A stretch of 64,000 nt of DNA from Mobula hypostoma (lineage: Eukaryota). Location: the NCBI RefSeq assembly GCF_963921235.1, contig NC_086097.1:252900001-252964000 (forward strand). Reading direction: 5' to 3'. Positions 24,836-37,499 of this stretch are shown in pieces. A program made the translations under genes and the position numbers. The notes under the pieces are model-generated. The model had not been told where the DNA came from and searched no databases. It worked only from the letters and a program-made list of their open reading frames with translations. Numbering within the stretch: position 1 is the first letter of the stretch; each line of letters opens with the position of its first letter.

Positions 24836-26049
24836 CTAGAATGACCTTGAGAAGATGATCAGTAACAGGGGCAGGAACGATGCAAGCTGTTGCAATACGG
24901 CTGAATTTGTAAATCACATGATACTTTTCCCAACACAGCCTTCTGGTTTAATGAAAGTTTAGTTTCCCTTCTCGCTATTAAAGTGGGAACAAGATTATAT
25001 CTTTCAAACAATTACAGTGTCACAATCAAAGGAAACAGACGTTAAGTAGTGTGTCCAATCACATTACAGCTAATAACTACTCACCCTTTCCACTAAGTCT
25101 GAATGACTCAAATCCCTCTTTGTTCTTCTGATGGTCTGTGTCAAAATAGACTTCTTAAACTGACACCACATGTAGTTAGAGGTTCCCGTTTGAAAACCAG
25201 GCTTACCCCTCTGGGCATAAAGGGACATCCTTTCTAATTCACTAAATATAACAAGATCACCTGTGTTTTCCTTGTGCCTGAAAGTTTCGAATAATATCAT
25301 CTGAAGGCTTACTGACTGCTATTAACTTCCTCACAATAGATATTGTGATTTTTTTTACATATGGGATAATCTTCAAAGTTATTTTCTGAAGTGAAACTCC
25401 CTGCTCTAAGTGAAGCTGCAACACTTCCCTCCTAACTCTACACCCCCATTCCCCCACACACAGGGTTAACTCTGTGTTCTAGTGGCCTGTAGAAGATCAT
25501 GGAATTTGTGGATGGAAGGATTTCCAAACTTATTTTCTCCCTGCTCTAAATCAACTGGAATACTTCCCAGATAACCCCTCCTCCTCCCCCACACAAAAGG
25601 TTAACACTGGAAGTCACAGTGTTTTAGTGGCTTGTAGAAGATCACAGACTTGGCGCTTGGACTGACTGGGCTCCAACATCCCTTAAATGCCACACAGTGC
25701 AACTGGCCAGCCTTTCAGTATGTGGGCCAGTAATAACAGGTTGTTCAACAGAACAGATTTCAAAGCTCATTATTACAATTCAAACTCTCTCAGGACACAG
25801 TGAGCAGGTGTCTTAGTTATTGTCCATTTTGAAATAAATATAGCTGTTATCATTTGAAGGTGCTGCCAGGTTTTTGTATTCCAATGTTTTTGATGTGTCA
25901 TCTGACTGTCTTTGTTCAGTTGCGCCATTGGTGCTGTTATAGAACGAACAGCCGTTCCACTAAAACAGTTCAAACCTCAACTGTGTCATTTCCACAATGA
26001 CCAAACGATGGTGAAAAAATTGAAGCACAAGGCAGTGTTTTTGCATAAT

Positions 26050-26715
26050 GTATAAGGAGAGTTTGATTGCTCTGGACCTGTAATTGCTGGAGTTTAGATG
26101 AATGAGGGGGGAATCTCATTGAAACCTATCGAATAGTGAAAGGCCTGGATAGAGTGGATATGGAGAGGATGTTTCCTATGGTCAGGGAATCAAGGACCAA
26201 AGGGCACAGCCTCAGAATAAAAGGACAGAGTTGAGAAGAAATTTCTTTAGCCAGAGCGTAGTCAATCTGTGGAATTTGTTGCCACAGGCAGCTGTGGGCG
26301 CCAAGTCATTGGGTATATTTAAGGTAGAGGATGATAGATTCTTGACTGGTCAGGGCATGAAGGGATACGAGGAGAAGGCAGGAGACTGGGGCTGAGAGGG
26401 AAATGGATCAGCCATGATGAAATGGCAGAGCAGATGCAATGGGCCAAATGGCCTAATTCTGCTCCAATATTCAGGAACAGCTTCTTCCCCTCTGCCATTC
26501 AATTTCTAAATGGACATTGAACCAATGAACACTACCTCACTACATTTTTATTTCTGTTTTTTAGTTATTTTAACTTAACTATTTAATAGACATTATGTTA
26601 ATGTAACTCAGTTTTATTCTCTACATTTATTTATCAAGTATTGAACTGTACTGCTGCTGTAAAGTTAACAAATTTCATGACATATGCCGGTAATATTAAA
26701 CCTGATTCTGATTCT
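26050..26715 (+). mobile_element. CR1 3' end followed by Rex1-type 3' end
   Basis: CR1 C-terminal and UTR motifs to ~26470, then ttcaggaacagcttcttcccctctgcc and a (GATTCT)n tail. Confidence 0.75.
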
Positions 26716-27013
26716 GAAATCCTAAGATCCTATGGTCTTACCAGCAACTGGCTGATTACCAGAACGCGCACAGAATTTCCAGTGCTGTCAACACCATTGA
26801 GGCCGCCTGCTACCCTGATAAAAACCAAAATCAGACAAATTTATTAGGAGCGGAGAGGCTGCCAGTCCTGTGGGAAGTGGCATTTAAATATTTCCCCAAA
26901 CAAGACAAAGAAGGGTGCCAAGGCTGGAAGCTAAAGCAAAAAAAAAAATCCGTTGGAGGAACACAGGTCGAGCAGCAGCTGAATGAGAAGATGCATTGTC
27001 ACCGTTTCAGATT

Positions 27014-27239
27014 TGAAGCACCTTCAATAACCCCAAAAGACTGAGGTTGGTAAAATACTGATAGGCTTTTATTCGCTGTACAATACGACCTCCATGCTGA
27101 GTGTCTGCTCCCGGACTGAGGGGGAGGGGCAAGGCGAAACACCTTTATTCAGGAACTGTGGGAGGAGCCACGGGGGCAGTCAGCAGAGGGCCGTGTCCAG
27201 ACAGTTAACCCAGTTACAACATATATATGGTTTACCACA
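27014..27239 (-). mobile_element. Solo LTR (226 bp)
   Basis: TG...CA ends, perfect 5-bp TSD agatt (27009..27013, 27240..27244), AATAAA on the minus strand. Confidence 0.8.
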
Positions 27240-27261
27240 AGATTGATGGCCTCTTTCCAAG

Positions 27262-28265
27262 TGGGCTGCATGGTAGCATAATGCTCTTACAGTGCCTGTG
27301 ACTGGGGTTCAAACCCTGCTAATGTCTATAAGGAGTTTGTACATTTTCCCTGTGACTGTGTGGACGTTTACAAAGGCAGGTGCATAAAAAGGGCCCGAAG
27401 GATCATTGGGGACCTGAGTCGCCCCAACCACAAACTGTTCCAGCTGCTACCATCCAGGAAATGGTACCGCAGCATAAAAGCCAGGACCAACACGCTCTGG
27501 GACAGCTTCTTCCACCAGGCCATCAGACTGATTAATTCACATTGATACAATTGTATTTCTATGTTATACTGACTGCCCTGTTGTACATACTATTTACTAT
27601 AAATTACTGTAAATTGCACATTGCACATTTAGACAGAAACATAGCGTAAAGATTTTTACTCCTCATGTGTAGAAACATAGAAACATAGAAACATAGAAAA
27701 TAGGTGCAGGAGTAGGCCATTCGGCCCTTCGAGCCTGCACCGCCATTTATTATGATCATGGCTGATCATCCAACTCAGAACCCAGCCTTCCCTCCATACC
27801 CCCTGACCCCTGTAGCCACAAGGGCCATATCTAACTTCCTTTTAAACATAGCTAATGAACTGGCCTCAACAGTTTGCTGTGGCAGAGAATTCCACAGATT
27901 CACCACTCTCTGTGTGAAGAAGTTTTTCCTAATCTCGGTCCTAAAAGGCTTCCCCTCTATCCTCAAACTGTGACCCCTCGTTCTGGACCTCCCCAACATC
28001 GGGAACAATCTTCCCGCATCTAGCCTGTCCAATCCCTTTAGGATCTTATACGTTTCAATCAGATCCCCCCTCAATCTTCTAAATTCCAACGAGTACAAGC
28101 CCAGTTCATCCAGTCTGTAAGTAATAAAGTCAATTCAATTCAATTCCTCCGGATACTCTGGTTTCTCCCACAGTCAAAAGATGCACCGGTTAGCAGATTA
28201 ATTGGTCACATGGGTATAATTGCACCGTGTGGGCTGGTTGGGCCAAAAGGCCTGTTAACCTGCTG
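27262..28265 (+). mobile_element. HE1/V-SINE-like element split by Rex1 and CR1 insertions
   Basis: ggagtttgtacattttccctgtgactgtgtgg (to ~27362) resumes as tcctccggatactctggtttctcccacagtcaaaagatg (~28145), resembling the V-SINE central domain. Confidence 0.65.
27670..28116 (-). mobile_element. Young CR1 3' end (5'-truncated)
   Basis: Essentially identical to 44317..44752; (GTTTCTAT)n tail. Confidence 0.95.
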
Positions 28266-28359
28266 TATCTTTAGATAAAATAAAAATAAATAACCAACTA
28301 AACTGAACACAACAAGCAACAAAACAACCACATTTCCTCCAACTCCAATGCCAGGACAA

Positions 28360-28515
28360 GCCTCTGGGCTCTGGGCCTCTGGGACTCTGGGACTCTGGGC
28401 CTCCAGGCCTCTGGGACTCTGGGTCTCTGGGCCTCTGGGCCTCCGGGCCGCTGGGCTTCTGGGCCTCCGGGCCTCCGGGCCGCTGGGCTTCTGGGCCTCT
28501 AGTCCTCTGGGACTT
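28360..28515. repeat. GC-rich 8-bp degenerate tandem repeat (gggcctct/gggactct)
   Basis: Directly visible. Confidence 0.85.
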
Positions 28516-29149
28516 CATTCTCCAGGTTTCAGCCATTGGGCTTTGACTTCCCAATTCCCAATCAACCTTCAGGTTTTGATCTTTGATATCAACCCCCAGA
28601 CTAGCGGATGATGGGATCCTGAACTGTAAGGTTGAAGCCACTGCCCACATCACTGGCCTGCAGTGGCAGAGCGGAGAGCTAGACTGCGGATGTACTTCAT
28701 CACCCATTCACATCACTGGCCTTCCACTCCAGACATTGCATTTGATATTCTTGCAATACCCATCCTACTGGAGAAAGTCAGGGATTAACGGAAGTTTAAT
28801 CAGAGTAGCCAATGGTGTAGTCATTTAGAAAGGTACCTGAAAAGGGCCAGTAACATCATGAAGGATCCCACACACCAATCTATGACTCAGAGAATCACAC
28901 ATGTTGCAGACTCACCCTTCAGCCTGGCCTGTGCTGACCTGAGCAAATCCCAATGCCTGCTGATTACCACAGGGCTTAATCCAGGATGTGAGGGTGCATT
29001 CCCTTCACTGGGTACTGTGTGACATTGTTTATCGTGCAGGGCTGATGTACGGACAGTCAGCCCCCCGGTTCGTGACAGATCGGGGTCAGGATCCAGTGGC
29101 ACGGAGTGCAAGATGACTGAAGACCCTTCACTCCTACAGCCTTCCTTCA

Positions 29150-29551
29150 CCTTCACTGTGTTGTGACGAGTCATCATCTTCCTCCACCTTCACTGTGTTG
29201 TGATGTGTCATCATCTTCCTCCACCTTCACTGTGTTGTGACGAGTCATCATCTTCCTCCACCTTCACTGTGTTGTGATGAGTCATCATCTTCCTCCACCT
29301 TCACTGTGTTGTGACGAGTCATCATCTTCATCCACCTTCACTGTGTTGTGACGAGTCATCATCTTCCTCCACCTTCACTGTGTTGTGATGAGTCATCATC
29401 TTCCTCCGCCTTCACTGTCTTGTGACGAGTCATCATCTTCCTCCGCCTTCACTGTGTTGTGACGAGTCATCATCTTCCCCCATCTTCACTGTCTTGTGAC
29501 AAGTCATCTTCCTCCACCTTCACTGTCTTGTGACATGTCATCACCTTCCAC
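29150..29551. repeat. 37-bp minisatellite, ~11 copies
   Basis: Unit ccttcactgtgttgtgacgagtcatcatcttcctcca, head-to-tail with no spacers. Confidence 0.95.
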
Positions 29552-30984
29552 CAGCTAACGGCTATGGATTTCCCTCCCAAAGGCAAGAGTGTTTCACTTT
29601 CTTCATAAAGAGACCACTAGTTGCCAGGACCACCAGACTCACAAACAATTACTTCCCCCAAGCTGCCAGGCTAATTAACTCTTCAAACTACATAAGAACA
29701 TAAGAAATAGGAGCAGGAGTTGGCCATCCGGCCCATCGAGCCTGCCTCGCCATTCAATAAGATCATGGCTGATCTGTCCGTAAACTCAGCTCCATCTACC
29801 TGCCTTTTGCCCATAACCATTAATTCCCCTATTGTGTAAAAATCTATCTAACTGTTTCTTAAATATATTTAGTGAAGAAGCCTCAACTGCTTCCCTGGGC
29901 AGAGAATTCCACAGATTCACCACTCTCTGGGAAAAACAGTTTCTCCTCGTCTCCATCCTAACTCTTTTCCCCTTTCTCCCACCCCGCACTACCACTGCAT
30001 ACACGTCACCCAGTGTCACTTTATGTACATACAGTTAAATGTACATTATATTTTATAGGATTCCTTTTATATTTTTTATAAGACCTAAGACACAGGAGCA
30101 GAATTAGGCCATTCAGCCCATCGAGTCTGTTCCGCCATTCCGTTGTGGCTGATTTATTATCCCCCTCAACCCCTTTCTCCTGCCTTCTCCCTGCAGTTAC
30201 TGACACCCTCATGTATCGATATTTATACCTATAGAGTCGTGGAGAACTGCAGCACAGAAGCAGGCCCTTCAGCCCATCTAGTCCAAGCCAAACTATTAAT
30301 TTGCCTACTCCCATTGACCTGCACCCAGACCATACCCCTCCCATCCAAGTACCTATCCAAACTTCTCTTAGACGTTGAAATCAAAATTGCATCCACCAGT
30401 TCCAGACTCTCGCCACCCTCTGAGGGGAGAAATTCCCTTCGTGTTGTTTTCCTTTTTGTTTTCTATTGTGTTCTTTATGCTTATTGTGTTTGTTTATGAT
30501 GCACAGATCCCGAGGAAGAATAATTTTGTTCTCCTTTATACTTGCATACTGGAGAATGACAAGAAACAAAGTTGACTGCTGAAATGGTAGAAAACTGTAC
30601 CCAAACTTCTGAATCAATAGTTTCACAAAGTATTCACAAGCAATAATAAAGAAAAGCTGGAAATCAGAGTTAGCAAATTAATTTTGGGTCACAGTGAAAA
30701 GCCCACTCTGTCAGTCAAGGTTACACATACCGACAGTCTAGCCAGCTTTCCTCTGACACTGCTATCAGCACATTCCAAAGTCTGAAGCTCAAATCTTCTC
30801 CTTCCCTGCAGATACGGTTAGTCAGAGTCAGAGACTGAAACCAGAGGGTGTCCGCGGTACAACGTACACAAAACATTCACGCCTTCATTGAATGCTGGAG
30901 ACACATTCAGTAGCCACTTTAGTCCACGTTCTGTGTACCTCCTTCTTAGGTACCTCCTGTATCTATTAAAGAGTGGAAGTTCAA

Positions 30985-31675
30985 GTTCAAAGTTCAAACT
31001 AAATTTATTTTCAAAGTACATAGATCTCACCATATACAGCCTTGAGTTTCATTTTTTTGCGCAGGTACTCAATAAATATATAATAGAGTAACAATCATAA
31101 CAGAATCAATGAAAGACCACACCATCTTGGGTGCTTAAGCACAGTGCAAAAGACAACAAGCTCTGTAAATACAAAAAGAAAGAGATAATAATAATAATGA
31201 ATACACAATAAATATCAAGAACATGAGATGACGAGTCTTTGAAAGTGAGTCCATATTTTGTGGGAACAGTTCAATGTTGGGACAAGTGAAGTTGAGTGAC
31301 GTTATTCCCTCTGGTTCAAGAACCTGATGGTTGAAGGGTAATAATTGTTCCTGAACCTGGTGCTGTACCTTCCTGGTGGCAGCAGTCAGAAGAGAGCGTG
31401 GCCTGGATGGAGGGGCACTCTGATGATGGAGGCTGCTCTCCTGTGACAATGCTCGGTGTAGGTGTGCTCACTGGAGGGGGGAGGGGGGCTTTACATGTGA
31501 TGGACTGACCTGCATCTACTACATTCTGCAGGATTTTCCATTCAGGGCCTTGGATGTTTCCGTACCAGGCTGTGATGCAGCCAGTCAATATACTCTCCAC
31601 CTCACATCTATAGAAGTTTGTCAAGGTTTCAGATGCCATGCCAAATCTTTGCAAACCCCTAAGGAAGCAGAGGTC
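30985..31675 (-). mobile_element. Rex1/Babar-type LINE 3' part
   Basis: FLRGLQRFGM..FYRCEVESILTGCITAWYG; (TTTGAAC)n-type tail. Confidence 0.75.
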
Positions 31676-32539
31676 ATATGTGAAAGCCGAAATTATGAAT
31701 GGCATAGATAGGTTAAATGCAAGCAGGCCTTTTCCACTCAGGTTGGGTAAGATTAGAACTAAAAGTCATGGGTTAAGGGTGAAAGGGGAATTGTATAAGG
31801 GGTAATTTCTTCACTCAGAGGGCAGTGGAATAAACTGCCAGTAGAAGTGGTATACTAGTCACTCCATTGATTGGAATTGATCATGGACTGTTATAGAGGA
31901 CTATGGTGCAGTGGCAAGTGTCCAGCGTTAGGCAGAACACCAGTTCAGCAAGGACTAGAGAGGCCAAAAGGCTTGTTTTCTGTGCTGTTGTGATCTATAA
32001 CTCTATTATGATGACGACGATGATAGGTGTCCTTGGTCGTCTATTTGGTCCTGTGCTGCTGTTGTGAACAGTTCACTCTCACTCACATTACCATGACTGT
32101 CATTAAGGACCCCATCACCCAGGTCATACCCTCTTCTCACTGCTACCAGGAAGGAGGTACAGGAGCCTGAAGGCACACATTCAACGATTCAGGAAAACCT
32201 TCTTCCCCTGTACCATCCGATTTCTGAATGGACATTGAACCCATGAATGCTACCTCACTACTTTTGCTAAAATTGGTCATTTTTTTAACTTTATATAATT
32301 GGGATTAACATTATATGATTCAGATTCAGATTCAGATTCTGATCTTCACTGCGCATACCCAAGTGAAAGTAAATTAATATCCAACGTGTGGGCTGCCCCC
32401 AGCATATCTTTAGGTTGTGATAGTTGTTAGCACAAGCAATGCATTCTGCTGTTATTTATTTAGAAACACAGTGCAGAACAGGTCCTCTGGCCTTTTGACC
32501 CACACCACCCAGCAACCCAGCTATTTAATCCTGGCCTGA

Positions 32540-33210
32540 GTGAGCGAGCGAGGTCTCTATCAGTCAGGGTTGACCATGGCTGTTGTGTCCTTGCTGTCTA
32601 GATACACAAGTCTGGGCAGTACGATGCGGAGAGCGACCTGTTGCCATGTAGCAAGCTCCCCATCTCCATGCATCTGATGAACTCAAAGGAATGGCTGAGA
32701 CCGATACAGATTCATACCAGCCGCGTCTCAGGAGTTGCCAGTCAGCATTGAACTCAACGTAGGACTGCCTTGGGGATTTCAGTTCCAGATTTTTCCCTCA
32801 GGGTTTACTTCTGAAGCTTCCCCCATGAGTGGGTGTAGCCACAAGGCAGCAAATGTTTGAGCTCAGAGCTTTCCCTCTCCTAGATGAGCTGCCAACCCCG
32901 GCTCTCCAGAAAACATTGCAGAACTGCCTCCCCGGCTGTTGGATCTCCCTGCAGATATCATCTGCCCAGTCCACCGGGGATGACCACATGCTGGGACAGG
33001 CATGTCCCTATCTCACCAGGGTATGAGGCCCACTGGTGACCCTCCCCTGTCAAAGCAGTGTACCAGGGTGTGGCCACTGTCACATACAGTTGCCTGGAGC
33101 CACAGATGGGGGCTGAGTGTCCAGTGAGAACCAAAGCTGAGTGAGCTGCCCCAGACCTGGACATGAAAAGCCCCTTCACCAGAGGTGACTCCCCTCCCTG
33201 GACACCTCAC
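32540..33210 (-). mobile_element. RTE-derived non-autonomous element(s), including a probable RTE 5' terminus
   Basis: Minus strand begins gaggtgtccagggaggggagtcacctctggtgaaggggctt, resembling RTE/BovB-type 5' ends; the left half matches 12290..12740. Confidence 0.5.
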
Positions 33211-34195
33211 ACACTGGTACTGTATTATGTGATATTAAATTGTATCACAGTTTAGTATCACATAATTTAGCAAACCTGCTGAAGCTACTGGAAAATAAAA
33301 CAAATAAAATAAGTATCCAATATTTTACACTGATCTTTCTAAATATTTTAGCCCAAGCTCATTCCTTACTTGATTTATTTATCATTCGGCTAGGCCCTTG
33401 GAATTTAAAGTACAGAGATTAGGTTTCTTGCCGGTAAAATCTGCCAGCCACTTTATCTGTTATATCAGCACTGCGATACTCTGGTCATTTTCATTACTGT
33501 ATAATGTAATACAATACTTGCATTATATTCTTCATGAAAAGCTGTTTCTGCAGCATCTTGTCATCATTTCATGAATGCCTCTTTGAAGCCGTTTCAAGTT
33601 CTGGACTCAGTGCATAACAGCAGAGTTTCAATTGCAGAACGGCGTATTATTTACCGAGATGGGGTTAATTGGTGAATAAAAGAATGGTTCCTTTCAGTTG
33701 ACCATTGTACTCTTTCACTTGCATTTGATACGGACGACAGGAGAGGCTGTGATAAATATCTAACGTTCTAATCAGAAGGAGTCCAGTCGCAGTCAAAATC
33801 CTGAGCCTAGTCCAGAATTAGGAAGTGCAGCAACTTGTGTTACTGTGCAGAATGAAAACCACCTTCTGATTGTCGCTTACATTCACAATTGTATGAGTAA
33901 AACACCTGTCAAGGAGTTACCGAGACTTCAGTATGAAATCTTTAGAAAGAAAATGTTTTCCTTTCCTTTTATTGTTACTAAACAGAAATAGTGTTTCAGG
34001 AAAATATGCAGACACATTGGAAGAATCAGGTTTAATATCACCGGCACGTGTGGTGAAATTTGTTGTTTTGCAGCAGCACATTACAATGCATAGGAATGAA
34101 AAAACAGACCATTTCTGTGCAATAACTCTATGTTTAAATGGTTCGGCATGGGCTGGATGGGCCAAAGAGCCTGTCTCTGTGCTCTATGACTCTCT

Positions 34196-34507
34196 TCAAT
34201 CAATAGGCATCTGTTAGTCTCGTGAGACCATGGATTTGCGCCTTGGAAGGTTTCCAGGGCACAGGCCTGGGCAAGGTTGTATGGAAGACCGGCAGTTGCC
34301 CATGCTGCAAGTCTCCCCTCTTCCCGCCACCGATGTTGTCCAAGGGAAGGGCACAGGGCCCATACAGCTTGGCACCGGTGTCGTCACAGAGCGATGTGTG
34401 ATTAAGTGCCTTGCTCAAGGACACAACACACTGCCTCAGCTGAAGCTCGAACTAGTGACCTTCAGATCACTAGACGAATGCCTTAACCACTTGGCCACGC
34501 GTCAACA
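34196..34507 (-). mobile_element. tRNA-derived SINE
   Basis: A-box TGGCCAAGTGG and B-box GTTCGAGC; body as at 8569..8877; gactct at both flanks. Confidence 0.85.
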
Positions 34508-35129
34508 CGACTCTATAACAAACTACAATAAGAAATATATATTTAAAAATTAAGTTAAATAAGTGATGCTAAAAGAGAAAAAAGAAGAAATGAGTTAGTG
34601 TTCATGAGTTCAATGTCCATTCAATGATGGCAGAGGGGAAGAAGCTGTTCCTGAAATGTTGAGTGTGTGTGCCGTCAGACTCCTGTACCTCCTTGATGAT
34701 AGCAATGAGGGGATATCGACAGGGTAAATGCAAGCAGCCTTTTCCCACTAAGGTGAGAACTAGAATTCATGGGTTCAGGGTGAAAGGTGAAGTGTTTAAG
34801 GGGAACATGAGGAGGAACGTCTGTACTCAGAGGGTGGTGAAAGTGTGGAACGAGCTGCCAGTGCAGGTGGTGGATGCAGATTCAACCGCAATGTTGAAGA
34901 GAGGTTTGGTAGGAGGGTTATGGAGGTCGATGGTCTGAGTGCAGGTCAATGGGACTAGGCAGAAAAATAGATCAACACAGAGCAGATGGGCCAAAGAGCC
35001 TGTTTCAAAATCTAAATAAATTTAGTATTAAAGTACATATGTTTCTATATGCTACCCAGAAATTCCATTTCTTTCAGGCATTTTCAGGAAAATAAAGATA
35101 TACAAGAAAATACAATACATGATTTTAAC

Positions 35130-37300
35130 TTTCTATGTAGTGACCGAGATTCCCATGCTGTAAAAGGATGAGGTGGAATAGAGTTTGTTAAATGTGCTGA
35201 GGAGAGTTCCTTTTATTAGCACCTAGAAGTCCCAACAAGAGAGAGTGTGATACTTGATCTGCTATTAGGGAATGAGACAGGACAGGTGACAGAAGTTTGT
35301 GTGTCTAGTGTACCTTGTGTTTTTTTGCATCCAGTGATCACAATATCATTAGTTCCAAAGTAAATATGCAAAGAAATAGGTCTGGTCTGTGGGTTGAGAT
35401 TCTAAATTGGAGAAAGGCCGATTTTTACACTATGAGGAAGGATCTGGCAAGTGTGGTTTGGGACAGGCTGTTTTCTGGCAAAGGTGTACTTGATGATTGG
35501 GAGGCCTTCAAAAGTGAAATTTTGAGAGCATAAAGCTTGGATGTGCCTGTCAAAATAAAAGGTAAAGATAACAGATTTAGGGAACCTTGGTTTTCAAGAG
35601 ATGTAGAGGCCCTGGATAAGAAAAAGAAGGAGGTGCAAGTCAGGTAGGAACAATGAGGTGCTTATGGAGTATAAGAAATGCAGGAGAACACTTAAGGAAG
35701 AAATCAGGAAGGCTAAAAGAAGACATGAAGTTGCTCTAGCAGACAAGGTGAAGGAGAATCCTAAGGGATTCTACAGATATGCTAAGAGCAAAAGGACTGC
35801 AAGGGACAAAACTGGTCCTCTGGAAGATCAGATTGTTAATCCATGCGTGGAGACAGACGAGATGGCAGAGATCTTAAATGATTTCTTGCATTTGAATTTA
35901 CTCAGGAGATGGACACAGAGTATAGAAGTGAGGCAAAGCAGCATCAACTTCATGGACCCTGTACAGATTACAGAAGGGGAGGTGTTTGCTGAGAAGGCAA
36001 ATTAAGGTGGGTAAATCCCCAGGGCCTGACAATGAATTCCCTTGGACCCTGTAGGAGGCAAGTCATAGAAGCATAGAGTCATTGAAATGTACAGCACAGA
36101 AACAGGCCCTTCAGCCCATCTAGTCCATGCTGAAACCATTTAAACTGCCTATACCAGTTGACCTGCACCGAGACCATAACCCTCCAGACCCCTACTATTC
36201 ATGTACCTGTACAAACTTGCATGTGTAACTTGTGCTGACAGCTCGTTTCACACTCTCACAACCCTGGAATTGCAGAAACTGCAGGGTCCCTAGCAGAAAT
36301 ATTTAAGTCACAATTGCAGGACTCTACAGAGAGTGGATGTGAACTTCCCATTATTCAGGACATTTACAGAGACAGGTGTGAAAAAAGGGCCCAAAGGATC
36401 ATTGGGGACCCAAGTCACCCCAACTACAAACTGTTCCAGCTGCTACCATCCGGGAAGTGGTACCACAGCATAAAAGTCAGGACCAACAGGCTCCGGGACA
36501 GCTTCTTCCACCAGGCCATCAGACGGATTAACTCACGTTGATACAATTGCTACATTGACTGTCCTGTTATACATACTATTTATTACAAATTACTATAAAT
36601 TGCACATTGCACACTTAGACAGACGTAACATAAAGAATTTTACTCCTCATGTACTTGAAGGATGTAAGAAATAAAGTCAAATTGATTCAATTCATCCTTA
36701 GTGAGAGGTGAGGTACCGGAGGATTGGAGGATTGCAAATGTTGTTCCGCTCTTTAAGAAAGGCTCTAAGAGTAACCAGGAAATGATAGGTTGCTCAGCCT
36801 GACATTAGTTGTGGCAAAGTTATTGGAAGGTATTCTAAGGGACCAGATATATGAGTATTTGGATATAGAGGTATTGATCAGGGATAGTCAGCATGGTGTT
36901 GTGCGTGGTACGCCCTGTCTAACCAATCTCATGGAGTTTTTTGAGGAAGTTATCAGGAAAGTTGATGAAGACAAGGCTGTGGATGTTGTCTGCCTGGACT
37001 TCAAGAAGGAACTTGACAAGGTCCCACATGGGAGGCTGGTCAAGAAGGTTCAATTGTTCAGCATTCAAGATGAGGTCATAAACTGGATTAAACATTGGCT
37101 TTGTGGGAGAAGTCAGAGACTGGTAATAGACGGTTGCCTCTCTGAGTGGATGCCTGTGACTAGTAGTGTGCCTCAGGGATCAAGGCTGGGTCCATTGTTG
37201 TTTGTAATCTATATCAACATTCTGGATGAAATTGTGCTTAAATGGATCAGCAAATTTGTGGACGACACCTAGATTGGGGATGTAGTGGACAGCAAGGACG
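35130..37300 (+). mobile_element. CR1 LINE ORF2, degenerate, with internal insertions (CR1 tail ~36064..36270, Rex1 3' end ~36315..36695)
   Basis: SSDHNII, KVKENPKGFYRY, CLDFKKELDKVPH, VPQGSRLGP, FVDDT. Confidence 0.85.
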
Positions 37301-37499
37301 ACTATCCATACCCCTACCGTATATATACCTGTCCAAACACCTCCTTTAAAGCTGAAATTGAGTTCACATGCACCCTGGCAGCTCATTCCACACTCTCACC
37401 ACCCTCTGAGTGAAGAGGTTTCCCCTCATGTTCCCATTAAAAGTTTTACCTTTCACATGCAAATAATAATAATAAATAAATAGTAAATAATTAATAATT

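Noticed and set aside
28255..28707. Collagen-like or repeat proteins from ORFs on both strands
   Set aside because: Produced by an 8-bp tandem repeat; the unit is not a multiple of 3.
29150..29551. CRISPR-like array (37-bp repeats)
   Set aside because: Units are head-to-tail with no unique spacers, there are no cas genes and the context is eukaryotic. The same applies to the 46- and 61-bp arrays.
30795..30970. Exon after a strong + strand acceptor (cttctccttccctgcag)
   Set aside because: All three frames stop within about 80 bp and no peptide is recognisable.
32674..32680. Hammerhead core CTGATGA in an RTE-like element
   Set aside because: No downstream GAAA or stems, and the homologous copy near 12357 reads TTGATGA.
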